A stretch of 60,500 nt of DNA, the filler included, from Fonticula-like sp. SCN 57-25 (taxonomy: Eukaryota): the NCBI GenBank assembly GCA_001724245.1. It is 10 parts of 10 records of this genome, joined end to end, with 100 filler letters (N's around TTAATTAATTAA, not from the genome) between each part and the next. Parts side by side here need not be neighbours in the genome. Positions count along the whole stretch, not along the records: positions 50,400 to 60,500 come from MEDX01000593.1; 9 more parts are not named here. The stretch is one strand, 5' to 3'. The notes below the pieces were generated by a model, which ran no database searches, was not told where the DNA came from, and saw only the letters and a list, made by a program, of their open reading frames with translations. Positions within the stretch are counted from its first letter, which is position 1. Each line of letters starts with the position of its first letter. The position numbers and the translations under genes are program-made. Below, piece after piece: positions 58,667 to 60,500 of the stretch.

Positions 58667-59553
58667 TTAGCTGCGCTTGAGGTCGTGCTGCTGGGTTAGC
58701 GACGCGAGGAGCTGGATGATGGTCTCCTGCTGCTTGAACAGCTGCTCGTCGCGCTTCTTGCGCTGGTCGGCGTCCTCCCTCAAGAACTGGATGATCGAGT
58801 CTGTGAGCTGCGGCTCCGAGATCTTTCTCTTCTTGTAGCGGATGGGGTGCTCGGTCTCCTGCTGCGGCGTGACGCCGGCCTGCAGCCCCGCGAGCGCAAT
58901 GCCGTCGGGCGTTCCCGGGACGCTCCCGTCGCCGCCCGTTACCGTCCCCGAGCGCGTCGGCGTGCCGGGCGAGTCGGGGGTGATACCGACGAGATCGCTG
59001 TCCTGGCCCAGCCCGTCGTTCATCATGCGATCAAGTTCGTGGTAAAAAGGGCAGATGCGCGGCATCGACGGCCGCGTCGCGTTGTACGACTTGCAGTCCT
59101 TGTACGCCTTTGTCAAGTTACGCCACTTGATCTCGCACTGCTCGCCGGTGCGGTCGGGATGCCCGTGCCGGACGAGCTCCTCGGCGATCAGGGCCCACAA
59201 AGAGCCGTGATTCCGCTTCGCCATCGCAAACTTTGTACGGTCGCGCATCCGGAACTGCAGCAGAAGCTGCGTCTCGGCGGGCGACCAGTTGGACGACCTC
59301 ACCTTTTTCATGGCCGAGGACATCGGAGATACCGCGTTCGCCGAGGAGAGGGGCGATCCCGCCTGCGTAGAAAGGCCGCCGCCCGACATGGGGCTCACAC
59401 TCGGGGGGTGGCGCATGATTAGAGAGTGGTGCATGTCGGTAAGGTCATGCTGCTTCATGCGCGCATCCACTCCGCTGGAGAGACGCGACGAGCCGCCAGA
59501 CACCGACGGCGGCGGCGGCGAGGACGACGAGGTGCCCTCGAGATGCACGATCC
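58667..59553 (-). CDS. Myb/SANT-like (trihelix) DNA-binding protein with C-terminal coiled coil; 5' end uncertain
   Basis: NWSPAETQLLL...LWALIAEEL...RTGEQCEIKWRNLTKAYK...CPFYHELD. Confidence 0.85.
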
Positions 59554-60191
59554 CTAAAGAACCGAACGGGTCAGCGAGACCGAAAAGTACAAGAACAACG
59601 AAAAGGGGCACGAACCAACGTCGTTCATTGTCTGAAAATGAGAGATGGCGAGCTGGATGGTATAGGACTTGCAAGGGAGACGGGAATGCGCCCTTTAACA
59701 AGTCGTTGTATACCGCTGCAGTTGCCCCCTCACTGACCGTTGTCAAGGCAAGACGTGGATCAGTGATTAGGCGCGGAAACAAGGCTCTTGATGCTTATCA
59801 AGAACTGACCATCATCAACGACCACGTGGTCGTGATGTGAGGTAAGTATTGGAAGCCATTCAAGGGCAAATTCACTCTGCAATGCACATGTACAGGTATG
59901 TTGTATGTACCAGGCCGGTTTGTGCACTGCTAGGAGGGAGTGGTGTACCAAAGTGGTAAAAGGACGAATGAATTGACCGCCTTTAGCGGGCACATCAAAT
60001 ATGAAAATAGGGGCACTTTTTGGTCACTTCCGCGTAAGATAAGCGAGCCCATTGCAAGCAAGCATCCAATTATCAAACACAAGAAGGAGGCGTTTTATGT
60101 GACGTTCAGCCCAAAGATACTCTGCTTCCATCATTCTAAAGAAAGGACCTCTCATTTCAAAAGTTATTTATGTACATTGAAGGGAAAGAAT

Positions 60192-60486
60192 CTACACGAG
60201 TATCTGTTCACTGATAAACGACTGGAGCTTTGTCAACCGCTCCCGCGACAATTCGCCTTTAAGCGCAAGCGTCAGCACCATCGGCCTCTCCTCATTCTTC
60301 CGCGTGAGGATCGTCCGCCCGATCTCGTGCGCATAGAGCTCGAGAATCTGGTCTGTGCGGCGGCCCAGAAGGCAGTCGACGTACAGCTGAGGCACCTCAT
60401 CAACGCTGGCTTCAAAATTCTCTGCCATTCCAAAATTGCCGCCCGCGTCGCCTTCAGTCGACGGCGACATCTTGGAAACAGAGTAC
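60192..60486 (-). CDS. Proteasome assembly chaperone 3 (PAC3/PSMG3)-like, last exon
   Basis: CLLGRRTDQILELYAHEIGRTI...RPMVLTLALK. Confidence 0.6.
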
Positions 60487-60500
60487 TAAAGCTTGGTGAG

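Noticed and set aside
17385-59553. Harbinger transposase and Myb/SANT gene as one element
   Set aside because: They lie on different contigs; no linkage can be inferred

Overview
The window is ten unrelated eukaryotic contigs joined by 100-nt N/TTAATTAATTAA/N spacers (5366-5465, 11821-11920, 17285-17384, 22740-22839, 28188-28287, 33631-33730, 39472-39571, 44887-44986, 50300-50399), so synteny holds only within a contig. The DNA is gene-dense and mostly GC-rich, with many 45-65 nt spliceosomal introns whose donors are mainly GTACG/GTGCG. Gene content points by inference to a unicellular opisthokont, probably a holozoan protist: a CREB-type bZIP with a KID-like segment, TMEM94, dynein with a full C-terminal cap, a Pcl-type cyclin and a Dad1-like protein. 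About 30 genes can be reconstructed by hand-splicing. The most notable observations are: (1) a surface protein with 21 tandem hormone-receptor(HRM)-like Cys modules, nearly one per symmetric phase-1 exon, between an EGF-like domain and FN3 domains; (2) a PARP-family ART domain behind ten tandem PBZ-like CCHH zinc fingers; (3) a ~207-nt G-U-rich three-way-junction RNA structure filling intron 1 of rpl37; (4) a CREB-like gene whose KID-like motif lacks the phospho-Ser and which has a four-CRE cluster upstream; (5) a frame-breaking 23-nt tandem duplication in U2AF65; (6) a 16-bp promoter palindrome shared across contigs; (7) a divergent intronless TFIIB on a compositionally distinct contig. All family assignments come from motif recognition, not database searches.
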